A DNA stretch of 60,609 bases, filler included, from Jimgerdemannia flammicorona (lineage: Eukaryota), in NCBI GenBank assembly GCA_003990765.1. It is 3 parts of 3 records of this genome, joined end to end, with 100 filler letters (N's around TTAATTAATTAA, not from the genome) between each part and the next. Parts side by side here need not be neighbours in the genome. Positions count along the whole stretch, not along the records: positions 1 to 20,140 come from RBNJ01001750.1; positions 20,241 to 40,379 come from RBNJ01001751.1; 1 more part is not named here. One strand, written 5' to 3'. The position numbers were made by a program, and so were the translations under genes. How positions within the stretch are numbered: position 1 is the stretch's first letter; each line of letters starts with the position of its first letter. The notes beneath the pieces are model-generated. The model had not been told where the DNA came from and made no database searches. It was given only the letters and a program-made list of their open reading frames with translations. This document shows, in pieces, positions 13,921 to 26,093 of this stretch.

Positions 13921-14827
13921 GCCGCCATTCAACTGCCGCCATTCAAGACCCAAGACCCAGCCAAGGATTCAAGAACCGCCACCATTCAAGACCGCCATTC
14001 GCTGCCATTCAAGATTCAAGACTCCGAAAAGCCAAGGAACTCAAAGATACCAGTACAAGACCTGCCAGCTAGCAAGAATAACCACCAAGGACCCCAGTAA
14101 ACCTGCCCTCAAGTTAACAAGTCAAGACGGACAAGTGAGCCATCAACCTCCACTTCTCCAATTCCTGACCTATTGTGCCATGAACTGCTTAAAGCCAAGC
14201 CTGTCATCACCGCATAAATTCAAGTTCACCACCAGGAATGCCCTTTTCCACTGGATATTGAGCCATTGAACAATCAAATGACCTCATCCACTAAACAATT
14301 GAGCCACCATCATCGAATGATCTCCTGCTATTATTACCGCATGAATCGAACGACCTGTCACGTGACCATCGACCCGCGAATGTCACCAATGCCTTCAGTT
14401 ATATATTGCGTGCTTCACCAAGTGGCACACATTGAGCCATGCAGTCAAAGTTCATTATACATAACCAACACCACAATATATATAGAGATTTCAACTAGTA
14501 CTTCTATATAGATCTCTGAATTCTTTTCCATTTCTCAGAACTATATATTATATAATATAATTATATGCTACTTATATAGATCCCATAGTCAATATGCTTT
14601 ACCAGAATATCCAAGAAGCATATGCTTGCTCATCTTGGATTCAAATTTATTCCTGATAGTATTGCTTTTGTCAAGAATATATACCTTACAATTAAATATA
14701 CATAGATGTAATATATCTGGCTTAGATCTGCTCTATAATTCTTCAGAGGTAAGATCATCATTTCTGAAATACTTATTATTGCCAGAATCCTTGCTTAGTA
14801 ATCAAGAAATGCATCAATTATATATAT

Positions 14828-16208
14828 TGTAATGTGCCTGGCTCAATAGAGGCAAATTACAAGATTGGGGGTTGATGTAGTTTGGCTTGAGCCCCCAGTT
14901 ACTTTGTTAAAAGCAACAAAATATTCTTGGTGTTTAGCAGTATAATAGTCAAGATCTGGATACTGTGCAAGCAGTTTCCTTTTTGGGACAAGTTCTTGGA
15001 TGTAGTGGTGATTTGTATGTATGAATGGGTTTCTTTCTTGGGTCAACTAGGAATGCCACAATTTAGTATAGTGAGGCAATTTCCAAAAGTATGCAATTTC
15101 TGAGTGATGGTCTTGGTGCAACAATCCTGTATAGTGTAATGATCTTGGTAATGATCTCTGTATAGTGTAATGATCTTGGTGCAACGATCTCTGTATAGCA
15201 TGACAATCTCCAAAAGTATGCAATTTCTGATAGTAGCTTGATTTGGCTTACTGGAAATTGTATGGTATAGATTCTTCTTACTGGGAATAATACTGGTGGT
15301 AGTTTTTTCTATATGAGCTCACTGGGAATAAATGAATAACTTGGATATCACAGATTCTTCCTGAATCAGCAGCTTTAACTGAGAATGTGGTGGATAACTT
15401 AGAAATAGCAGATGATATGAATTTAGCTTCAACTGGGAACACTACTCAGATGACACAGATTCTTTCTGAATCAGTGGGCTCTTCTGGAAATATGATGGCA
15501 TGGATTCTTCTCAATCAGCAGACTTCTTGAAAATGGCAGCTTCAACTGGGAAATAACTTAGATTCTTGACAAGACTGGCTTCATTTGTATGAACAGATCA
15601 CTGCGAAGTTATATCAAGAAACTGACTTGTGACAAGAAAGGCAAGCTCTCTGGGAATACAGCAAATAACTTGAAAATGGTAGTGAAGTTCTTCCTTGAAC
15701 TCAGTGGCAAACTTCAGGCTTATCTGGCAAGTGAACCAAAAACAAACTTGTTCTTTGTATTGGAAAGTGGACCAGAGTGGGGAAATAAACTCACAATCTT
15801 CTAGCAGTGGCTGTAGAGTTCCTCTCAAAGTGTGGTAGGCAGACTTGTCTTTTGCTTCAATTTTGGACTCTTCTTTGTATTAGAAAGTGAACCAGAGTTG
15901 AAATATGTTCTGAATTTCAGACTGAGGTTTATTCACTCTTGTCTCTGGGGTAATTTATACATTATGGTTACTATCTGGTTGCTATCTGGCTAACTATAGG
16001 TTTGCTATTTGTGGTGTATTTGGGTAGATGGTCACTGTCTGGCAGACAGTTACTATCCAGAGAACAGCCACTGTTTACATTATTCCCTTCTTTGGCTATC
16101 TGGTTATTTATACATTTTCTGTAGTAATGGTTGCTGGTTACTATGCTATGCTAATGTTTATATCACCTGATTGGGTTTTGAGATTGCTATATTTTGCAGT
16201 TTGTCACA
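14828..16208 (-). mobile_element. Solo gypsy-type LTR (1381 bp) with ATAT target-site duplication
   Basis: Minus strand reads TGTGAC...CATTACA, with ATAT on both sides. Shares the GTATAAAT...AGAGTGAATAAACCTCA core with the other gypsy LTRs. The copia integrase is continuous across it. Confidence 0.85.
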
Positions 16209-18574
16209 ATATACACTATAGTATTTATAGCTTTAGTCTAATAAGAATATAACAATCTAGTAGTATTGATCATCATATATACCATTTCTATGACTATATA
16301 GTTAAATTGCTTGACCATGCCATTTGCTGAGGCATATAGAGAGCCATTGTTTGATGGTCTATACTGTGCTTTATCAGGAACTGCTTGAATATGTGATTGA
16401 TATATTCATATCTATTATCTGATTATATAGTATGTATTTTATATCTGATTTTATTTTTGGTAATTACTTTGAATTCTTTGAATTTGTCTAAAGCTTTACT
16501 CTTTACTGATAGAAGATATATATATACTTTATATATATTATTATCAATAAATGTTAGAAAATATCTCTTACTAGAGTATAATAGAGTATATATTAGCCTA
16601 TATATATTCATATATATAAGGTCTAGAATCCCAGATATATACTTTAATTATTCTTTGAATAGTTACTAGGAAGTCTTATTTTCTATGTATACCTTGCAAA
16701 AATTATCCTTAGAATGTATATGTATTGATAATCTATTTATGGAGCCATTTCAGATCATTCTTCTAAGGCTCATCTTATTAATATATCCTAAGTATTGATA
16801 CTATATATTGAATATATCAGATGTAGTTGTCACATATGCAGAGACTTTTGTACTATTTGATACATATGCCATTTAATATATAAAGATTACTGTATTTTGA
16901 GGCTGTTATTAACCTCTTATTATCATGTAAATTATATACTATTATATCTTTTGAATATATATATATCTTTGTTGCCACAGGATATCATTTTCCCTATGAA
17001 GAAGAGATTTTTTCCTATCTCTAGAGTATACAGTATATCTACAAGAGTAGCAGCAGGCTTAATGATATTACTATGGAGATATATACTGATATTTCCCTTT
17101 CCTTGAGTATAGATGATGTTATTATCTCCCAGTTTAATAGGTCTAGAGTATTTGAACAGTTGATATATAGAGAACTATTCTCTGTATAGCATCATATATT
17201 ACATGGCTCTAGAGTCCATTAACCAGATATTGTTATTATTAGCTGCATTAGAATATTCACTAGATATATATATAGCTAGGCATATAGTTGGTAGTCTTTC
17301 TATCTATGCTACTGGTGGTACTGATATCATCACTACTTTTTATTAGGTGAAAAGTGTTTTACTTTTACTATTGACTGGAATTTATAAATGATAGATTGGT
17401 AGATTTGGTAGTAGATCTTGTGCTGGCAGAACTGATACTGTTAGAATTAGCAGTAGATTTGGTAGGACTTTTTGGTCCAAAATTGTCATTCTTGCTAGGC
17501 TTTGTAGATAGTAGCTTATATAAAAAATAGATTACCACTTTCATCAGTTTCAGTAGTATTTGCATTGCTTATATTTCTCTCAATAGTTTCTATCACTTTT
17601 ATGTTACCAATACTAGCTTTTTTCATACTTGTTTTCACTACTTTCCTTGTCATTCTTCTAGCAATAATATTGGTGCTTCCTATGTCCATACTTGCTATAA
17701 TATTTATAGTTATCATACTTAGCTAATTGGCTGAACTAGTGGTTATGTTATTGAGCTTGGGTTTGGGTTCATTGGTCTTATTGGCTATGTCTTTGACCTT
17801 ATTTGGTACTGCATCTGCAGAACTTATAGAAAACCCTTTCATCATCATTACTGCCATTTTCTTGATACATTTCCTCATTTATGAGACTTATTATTACATA
17901 GATATAGTCCAAAGAACTGCCACTCTTACATATGGCTGTGATAACAATATTATATATATCTGGAAGTCCTCTTGTAAGTACTATAATCTTATCTTCATTG
18001 TCAATATAATCTACAGATATACTGAGAGAATTCATTTAATTCACTAGATTGTTGATACAACTAGTATATTTGCAGATACTCTCCTTAGACTTTATTTGGA
18101 GATTAAATAGATGAGATTTCAGACGAAATCTATTTGATGCAGATGCTTATATATAATGATTTCATAGAGCTTCCCATATCTTATTAGCCATTATAGTATA
18201 TATTATGAGCTTTATTTATAAGTTTAATAATATGAATATAATCTTGTATAATGCTTAGTAATTATTTGCAGAGTCATAATCTTAAATCTGTGTTTGTGGC
18301 TTTATATACTCTACTAAGCTATATTCATCAAGGAGATTTATCATATAAAATATCCAGATAGTGTAATCTTTCCTATTGAAGATCAGGAGAGATCTCTTGG
18401 CTATATTTACACTTATGATGAGACTACTCTTATCACCAGAATACTCATAATTAGCATATCTATATTGCTAGGTTATTTCTTATTTAATATTTCTAGTATA
18501 TATAATTGTATAATATATATTTATGAGATATATATATATTATAACTGCTTAATGCTGATGGAGCTCATAACCTT

Positions 18575-18700
18575 TATTGAGAAAGAGAGGTATTTTTATT
18601 GAACTTATGTAGGATGTATATTTCATGTATTACTGATGAATGATATAAAACTGATGAAATTACTAATTATATGTTGATATATCAAGTTGCTATCTCAATA
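18575..18700 (-). repeat. Copia 5' LTR (126 bp)
   Basis: Inverted termini TATTGAGA...TCTCAATA (mutated TGTTGAGA...TCTCAACA), adjacent to the PBS. Confidence 0.7.
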
Positions 18701-19060
18701 GTATTGATCCAGTATGAATACCCAGTTATATCTAACCCAGAAGCTGAATAAGTATAAAAAGAACTATATAATATAAGATAAAGAACTCCTTGCTGTTATC
18801 TGATCTCTATAATCATAGAGATATTTTCTTCTTAGTAAGAAATTTATCTTATAGATAGACTATTAAGCTCTATAATATATTCAGATATAATTAATACTTA
18901 TAGAAAGACAAGTATTGCAAATTCTTATATTCTTCAATATTGAAATTAAACACATTACTAGTATTAAAAATAAAGTAGCTAATATACTTTTCCAAAGTAC
19001 TCAGAAAAATAATCTTAAAGCAATTAGTAACATCACTATTAGCCTATTTGAAGAAGTCAA
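18701..19060 (+). mobile_element. Gypsy RNase H remnant
   Basis: DKELLAVI and IKHITSIKNKVANILS motifs with many stops. Confidence 0.65.
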
Positions 19061-19099
19061 AAAGAAGTATATCAAGAATATTAATATATAAGAAATTAC

Positions 19100-19960
19100 T
19101 AAAAAAAAATCCTTAAAGAAAAAAGCAATAAGTATTGGCAATGTGGGAGCAATGAAAGAAACTATTAAGAAAAGTATGGTAATACAAATACTACTGAAAC
19201 TGATAAAAGCAGTAACCTATTTTTTGTATAAGCCACCAGTTCTATTAGTTCTACAGCCTCTATATCTATAAAACCTGGTTGGAAGGATGATACTTTTAGG
19301 CTATCAAAAAGTTCCACCAAATCTACAACCAGCACCAGCTCTATCAGTATAAGATCAATATCTATAAGTAGTTTAACTGTCAAATCTACCAACTCATCAT
19401 CTATAAATGCCAGTCAGCAAAATACTTTTGGGTCAATAAAAAGTAGTGATAATATCAACCATACATTCAACAAGTATGCTAATATAGCCAATAATAATAA
19501 TATCTGGCTCATGGATTCTGGAGCCATGTAATATATGACATTATACAAAGAATAATTCTCTATATACTAACTATACAAACACCCTGTACTTATTAAATTA
19601 GGGGATAATAATGTTATCTATACTCAAGAAAAGGGAAATGTTGACATACATCTCTATAGAAAAAGAATCACTTATCTATAAAGAAAATGATATCTCATGA
19701 CAATAAAGAGATATATATATATTCAAAAGATATAACAGTATATGATTTTTATAATAACAAGAGGTTAATGATAGCCTCAAAATATGGCAATCTTTACATG
19801 ATCAATGGCATACTAAATAGCATAAAAGCCTCTATATATATAACAATTATATCTGATATATTCAATATATGGCATCAATACTTAGGATATATTGGCAAGA
19901 TGAGCCTCAAATAGATGATAAGAAGTAAATCCATCAGAGGATTACCAGTAGATAGGATTG
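19100..19960 (+). mobile_element. Second copia remnant (Ser/Thr-rich gag end, protease, pre-integrase)
   Basis: WLMDSGA at ~19505 and IWHQYLGYIG at ~19870; homologous to the minus-strand copy at 16790-17560. Confidence 0.7.
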
Positions 19961-20140
19961 CAGGAGAAGTTGGTGAGGTGGAAGGAGTTGTTGGGAGATC
20001 TACTGACTGAGTGGTGGGTGGGTTGGAGTCCCCAGAGTGGGCAACATCACTGCCTAGTGGAAGAGATCTGTGGCTAGAGTGGTGGGTGGGTGGAGATGGT
20101 GTTTGACAAAGTGGTCTTTTACTGAGAGAGGGTGGGGGGG

Positions 20141-20240
20141 NNNNNNNNNNNNNNNNNNNNNNNNNNNNNNNNNNNNNNNNNNNNTTAATTAATTAANNNN
20201 NNNNNNNNNNNNNNNNNNNNNNNNNNNNNNNNNNNNNNNN
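20141..20240. other. Assembly linker (N44-TTAATTAATTAA-N44)
   Basis: 100-nt pad with stops in all frames; artificial. Confidence 0.95.
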
Positions 20241-20746
20241 GTATTGGGGGACTTTTGGGTGGAAATAGGCAATAGGCTGGGTGTGGAGTGGAGGCCGGCA
20301 GGTGTAGGAGGCCGCTGGGAGGACTTGAGGTCTCGGCTGATGGGGGGGGTGGGCGATAGTTGGATTACTGTAGGGTGGGTATTGGCAATGTGGGTGGGGA
20401 TGGCGGGCCATTGGCTTTTTGTATTTGAGGAGGGGCAGTGGGTGGGGTGCCAGGAGAAGGTATTATGGTGGGAGGAGCTGTTGGAAGATCTTTTGACTGG
20501 ATGGTGGGTGGGCTGGGGTCCTCAGGGTGGATGCCAGCGCAGTTTGGTGGCGAGGATCTGTGAGCAGAGTGGAGGAAGGGTGGAAATGGTATTAGACAAG
20601 GTGGTCTTTCATAGGGAGGGAGTAGGGGGAGGAGGGGCCCCCAGGGGGATCGGATAGGGGGTGGGATTACCGTAATTATATGGGATAGATGGGTGTAATA
20701 AAGGGAAGGAGTCCAAGTAACTATAAAAAAAAAAAAAAAAAAAAAA
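20241..20746 (+). mobile_element. 3' end of a poly(A)-tailed non-LTR retrotransposon (possibly L1/Tx1-like)
   Basis: Trp-rich ORF end, AATAAA at 20697, A22 tail at 20725-20746 abutting ORF1 of telomeric LINE copy 0. The tail-proximal sequence matches the insert at 57971-58092. Confidence 0.65.
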
Positions 20747-20978
20747 TGAAGGAGGTGGCCAACATTGCCGAATTGGGCAGAGGTGTGTTTGTTTGTGTTT
20801 GTGAAATTGTGAAATGTGGGTCACATGACCTTTGTTTATACAACAAAAAAATAATTGAGAAGGGGGGTATTTATACCCAATGAGAAGCTTGGCTAATCAA
20901 GGTGACTGCTTTATTAATTTGGAATAGCTTCAGACTGTAAAGCCGAGTCTTGCCAAATGGAGAAATTATGTGAGTGGC
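20747..20978 (-). mobile_element. Telomeric LINE copy 0 (5' UTR and ORF1 start only)
   Basis: Matches the 5' ends of the other copies (...ATGTGAGTGGC on +). Confidence 0.85.
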
Positions 20979-20994
20979 TTAGGTTAGAGTTAGG
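20979..20994 (+). repeat. Degenerate telomeric linker TTAGGTTAGAGTTAGG
   Basis: Lies between the copy 0 5' end and the copy 1 3' end. Confidence 0.8.
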
Positions 20995-23900
20995 CTTCAA
21001 GTAAGAATTTATTTATTGTAGAGAAGATAAGGTACATCAGAGCAACAAAAGACAAAGACTCCTAAGATGAGAAAAGCAAAACAAGGCCAGCGAAGTAAAC
21101 AACTAGCTAAGAAGAACAAAACAAAGGCCAGAGAGGCAACCACCCTATGGATGGGCTGTATAAAACCATTTTGTCATGGCCTTAAGGATAATAAATGCAG
21201 AAAGTAAAGAAAAGGAAGGCTAAAATATAATACATATTTGCCTAGTGCCAACTATATAAACTGTATTGACAACCAAACACCAAATGACTGACAGGAGTTG
21301 AATAACTCAATGCACTCTCAACAACGAGGGAATCAACCAAGGCAAATGAGGGGAAAGAAAGAGATAAAGAAAATGTGTGATCGCTCGATCACCAAAGCAT
21401 CTCCATAATCTTGGTCAGGCAGAACTCGACTGTAAGGTGGCCACCAGAATTACACATAGTATCAATAGCGTGAGAGGCCGTCTCATGAAGAGCTTGAAGA
21501 GGGTAAGCACAAAGTTCTTCCTGCCATTTGTTATTGATAAATCAATCAAGCTGTTCATCCTAATTGGAAGTACCTCGGAAAGCAGAATATGAACCATCGA
21601 GAAGACCGCACCTGAGGAGATGGCCATGATGAAACTTATCTCCACAGGGGCAGGGGCAGGGTTGGCCAAAGTAGCTATAATGCCAGGCGAGGGCAGAATG
21701 CACAAGCCGGGGGGGGAAGGAAAGGACATGGTTGGTGCCCCATGACTGCAAGTGGCCTTTGTGGGTGATGTATCAAATGAGAGCCTGGGAGGAGGAAGCC
21801 CATTCCTGTAGCAGCTGGTCCCAAAGGAAGGACTGAAGGAAGGAGCAGAGTGAGCAAGTCTTGTGGACCTGGGGACGGAGGTCCCAGTACCAGTCGAGAA
21901 AGTCAAGCCAGGAGGTCTAATGCCAGAACTTGTCAATGATAGAACCCGGGGGATGCGTGATAAAGTGCTCACTAAGATGGCTGATGGAGTTGTTGCCGGA
22001 CTTGCTACACCAATCTAGGTGGGCTTGGAACATGCAGCAGAGGTCAGACGTATGATGAAACAAGGAGGGGAGGCCAAGAATCGAACTTCCAAGCAAGGGA
22101 CAGCTAGAAAATCCAACTGCCCAAACAACAGCATCATCAAAGACCTGCTTGGGGCACTTCAACACCTGAAGTCCCATGGTAGCAACCAGACAGGAAGCTT
22201 GTAGAAGGGGGAGGCCATACTCCAGCTGAGGCCAGATGAATATTCGTATGATAGCTAGCTTTACCATTGGTGACCAGAGAGGACTACAGGCATGGCAGAA
22301 CCCAAGAGTTCATTCTGCTTTGACTACATTCTACAATGCGAGGCTGACAAAGTCGAACCCTTTGTTGGTGTACAGCATGCCCAGGTATATGTAGGAGTGG
22401 GGTCATGGGCAGAGTTCGCCCCCAATCAGTATGGCACAGTCAGTAGGGCCAACATAACTGCACTTTTTGGGGTTGAGCTCTATACCATTTGCCCAAAGCC
22501 AATCTTTACAAAAGTCAACCATTCTCTGCCCTTCTGCGGCAGTACAGGTGGTGAGGGTGATATCATCAGTAAAGAAGAGCCCGAGGGGGAAGTTGTACTC
22601 CTTAAACTGTTCATCAAAGGAGGTGGCAAGGGGATCGATAAAGACATCAAACAGCCAAGTGGAGAGGAGGGAGCCCTGGAAGAGGCCACACTCAGTGGGG
22701 ACTGAAGGGTTGATGAGGCCATTATCAATCACCTGATAGGAACAGTGGTTGAACAGGCTTCGGATAATACTAAGGAGGGTCACATCAGCATCTCCTGCCT
22801 CAAATCAGGAAAGGATGAGCTTGAGGGGGACTCAGTCATACACCTGCCGGAGGTCAAGAAAGACATGGTGGCCCCATCCCTTGGTCCACGTCTCATGTGA
22901 AAGCAAGATATGAGAGAGGGACGAGAAGCAGGTTTGGAAGCCATCTTAGCAGTGTGACATTTCTGTCAGGCCACTTTGGCTCTTGATGTATCCTTCCAAA
23001 CACCGCTCAAAGAGTCTACGAAACATTTTAGTCAGAGCAATAGGGTGAAATCCATCGATCGAATGTGATTCCTCCTTCTTAGGGACTGGGATGATGATGG
23101 CAGAATTCCAGTGGCAAAGAGTAAGCCCCCAAACCATATACATCTGGAAAAAGAATGATAGGGCTTTCGATAGGCTATAGGAGGTATCCTTCTCACCTGC
23201 AATCACCCAAAGGATCCAGACATGCAAGGAATCAGCTCCACATGCCTTCAAGAGGGGGTAGCTGCAGATAGCCCTCCAAACCACAGGCTGGTCAAACCAA
23301 GACTGCAGTCCAAGAGCACCCATACCAAGAGGGAAGACATCCTCAGAGTCATTGAGATGGAGGGAGGTGTCCAGTTGGCCAAAAATGGTGGTGAAGTGAG
23401 CAACCACATCATTGAACACTGGGATATTGTGGGAGCCGGATTGTAGAGGTGTGAGGGGGTGGAGCAGTATGCTCACTTGAAACCACAAATGGCATCGGAG
23501 ACTGAAGATGCACTATGAAGAAGGTCCCGCCAGGGGAGCAGTGCCACTCTGATCTCTCTCGTGTCATATGAGCTAAGAATGTCCTCACAGACTGACTGTA
23601 GACCAGAGATCAAAAGGGCATCAAGAGAATCCACAAACTGCTGGCAGTCTTCCATGGAGTGAAAGCCAGCGATATGGTCTCTGATTGAGTGAATGGACCT
23701 GACAAAGGTATAACAAATGATATCCACTGATTCCTGGAGGTGAGCTTGAATGACTGAATTGGTCAGGTATCTCGGAGAGTAATGGTGGATGCCAGCCAAG
23801 GTAGCAACTGGCGAGGGGGAGAAGGGAAAGGAGACAGTGAGGAGGGAGGGGTGGTCAGTAGTGACAGGAGGGGTGGAGTATATAAGGGATGCATGGAGGG

Positions 23901-26075
23901 ACACGGTGGAGAATGCTTGGTCAATGCATGTGGATCCAGCAACTGGGTTCAGGTGGTTCAATGACCACATCATCAGGGATGTGTCGATGACATCCATCCA
24001 GTCACGGAGACCAGAGTTGACATCACCAAGGCGTATACTGAAGTGGGTATTGATGTTACCAATCAAAAGGGCCTTACCTGGGATGGGTCCAGAGATCAGA
24101 TCTTGGAAGCCACCAATAGGAAGAGAGGGGGGGGCATAAACCCCAACCAAAGCCAGGCCCTAGAACATGAGCTGGATATAGAAGGGGTCAGAGGAGGACC
24201 TGGAAATAAGGGGGTGAAATGGTTTGACATAAGTACCACATGGCCACCATTCTGATGACCCACAGTCCTGTGCAATGCTGGGGGAGAGGAGATGTAAATG
24301 AGTGGAGAGGGACACAGCAGGATGTGCCACATTTCACATATGAAAAGAATGTTGAGGGCAGGACCAATCAACCAACTGAGTACATCAAACTTGTCCTGGG
24401 GTAGTCTGTGTGCATTAAGGAACCTGACTCTCATTGTGTGCTAGGTGCAGTAGCGCCAACAGTATGGGAAGCACCTGAGGAGGAAGCTTCGGCTTCCAAA
24501 TTCATTGCCATATCACCTATCATGGCCACAGTACCACCTGCCTTTGAAGCAGGGCCGACCAATAGGGGGGCGGAAGAGTGGAGAGTAAGCCAAGTTCCAT
24601 GGCCCAAATTCTATAGAAGGTCAGCACCTTAGGTCTTTTTGCAGTGGCATCGCCAGCCAACTACTAGACCTGAGCATGGAATAACTGGAGTACCGTGTCT
24701 TCACAGCCTCTGTGGTATTCTTGTTGTGGGGGAGCACAGGGTCCCAGGCCGACAGTACCAAGAACCCAAGCACCTTCATTTTCTTTTGGAATGCCATAAT
24801 ATAATCAGGATGGAGCAGGAATTTGATGGTCGATGCCGAGACATATAACATATTGAGAACCTTTGACAACATCACATAGACATCATATAAGTTCTTCCGG
24901 ATCTGTCCGATCTTAAGATGGGTAAACCTGTCAACATAAATGTACTACAGCCTAGTGCCCTTTTCAGTTGGCGACAAATGAGAGGTCGGCTTGCGAGTCA
25001 TGCACGAAAGGGTGGTAGCAGTGGCTGCCCTTTCCATCTTGGGGTAGGCCTGGGTCCTATCTTTGATAGAAACCTTCTTGGCAGCAGTGATATATGATTT
25101 GGTGGAGATGGGGGTCGAAGCAGGGAATGAAGATAGAAGGGCAGTGCTGGGTCCCACAATTGTAACCTGGGGCACTGATCAGGGAGCCTTGGCCTTGCCC
25201 TTTTTAGGGGGCATGGCTTTAGCGGCTAGAGGGACAGCCATGGGAGAAACCTCCTTTGGTGGTACAACAGACTGTGATGCGGTGGCTTTAGCGGCCTTGC
25301 TTCTGAGCCTTCGGCCGCGTGTTCACGACAAGGCCAGTAGGAGGTGGGGCCAAGGACTTGGGGTGGGTGGATGTGGAAGGAGCAGCATGGGTACTTTCCA
25401 AAGGAGCACCAGATGACGAGAGGGCGGTGGACGCAGATTGCGCAGCAAGCTGTACAATCAGCTGGGCATTGATTTTGGCTAGTTCGGCCACCTGAGTCAG
25501 CAGATCTGAGATCTGCTTCCTCATCGCAGCCATCTCTATGACCAGATTGCAGTCGGCTGAGGGACCGGCATGACTAGCAGTCGGGGTCATATCCAAACTA
25601 GTATTCGGATGACCGTGCTTGTTGAATTGGAAGAGATCGCAATCTCTTCGCCATCTTCTGCATCACACAGGGAAGATAAATATGTCGATATTGGTTGTAT
25701 ATCCCCACTCGACCAGCACATTGCTGTAAGGCTACTCTCACTGAAGCCAAGGGAGAGAAGATTGATGCTGTGACACTAAGCATAGTGGAGAGAGGCGCCA
25801 AAGTGTGTGAAGAGATGGGTGGTGTTACTGTCATCACTGATGACAGAGGAGGAGGTCAACATTGCTGAATTAGGTGGAGGTGTATTTGTTTGTATTTGTG
25901 AAATTGTGAAATGCAGGTCACATGACCTTTGTTTGTGCAATGAAAAAATAATTGGTAAGAGGGATATTTATACCTGATGAGAGGCTTAGCCATTCAAAGT
26001 GACTGCTTTCTTGATTTGGAATAGCTTCGGGCTGTAAAGCCGAGTCTAGCCAAATGGGGAAATTATGTGAGTGGC
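20995..26075 (-). mobile_element. Telomeric APE-RT LINE copy 1 (near full length, small ORF1 deletion, disrupted)
   Basis: APE motifs FLNAH, ICEMW, VYAPPS, TDH; RT motifs GLFQGSLLS, FTDD, ELNPKKC; C-terminal CPCGDKFHHGHLLRC. Confidence 0.92.
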
Positions 26076-26093
26076 TTAGGGGTTAGGGTTAGG
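26076..26093 (+). repeat. Telomeric linker TTAGGGGTTAGGGTTAGG
   Basis: Junction of copies 1 and 2. Confidence 0.9.

Larger units (their letters stand above)
1726..14475 (+). mobile_element. Ty3/gypsy LTR retrotransposon (gag-PR-dUTPase-RT-RNaseH-IN), degenerate
   Basis: Long direct repeats TGTGA...CCACA at 1726-3851 and 11730-14475, PBS, PPT, gypsy domain order, ATAT on both flanks. Confidence 0.93.
11730..14475 (+). repeat. 3' LTR (2746 bp)
   Basis: Direct repeat of 1726-3851 with extra internal duplications; ends CCAACACCACA. Confidence 0.88.
14476..18700 (-). mobile_element. Degenerate Ty1/copia element (5' LTR, gag, protease, integrase), interrupted by a solo LTR
   Basis: Integrase-like RYFLTFIDNN...KSKALDKFKEF at 16423-16611; protease WLMDS near 17210; copia PBS-like GGTTATGAGC at 18563-18572 (minus); short LTR at 18575-18700. 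Confidence 0.8.

Noticed and set aside
1..14955. Inverted repeat 1-127 / 14828-14955 as TIRs of a large DNA transposon
   Set aside because: Both are ends of the same LTR family in opposite orientation; the right one is a solo LTR with its own TSD.
19961..20140. G-rich segment as the upstream part of the poly(A) element at 20241-20746
   Set aside because: It is separated by an artificial linker and has no recognisable motif; left unassigned.
20185..20196. TTAATTAATTAA palindrome (also 40424-40435)
   Set aside because: Assembly pad embedded in N runs.
21415..21972. Long alternative-frame ORF overlapping the ORF2 C-terminus in several copies (also 26512, 31659, 47209, 52418)
   Set aside because: Shadow frame of GC-rich coding sequence with no consistent start; a synonymous-site constraint test would be needed to revive it.
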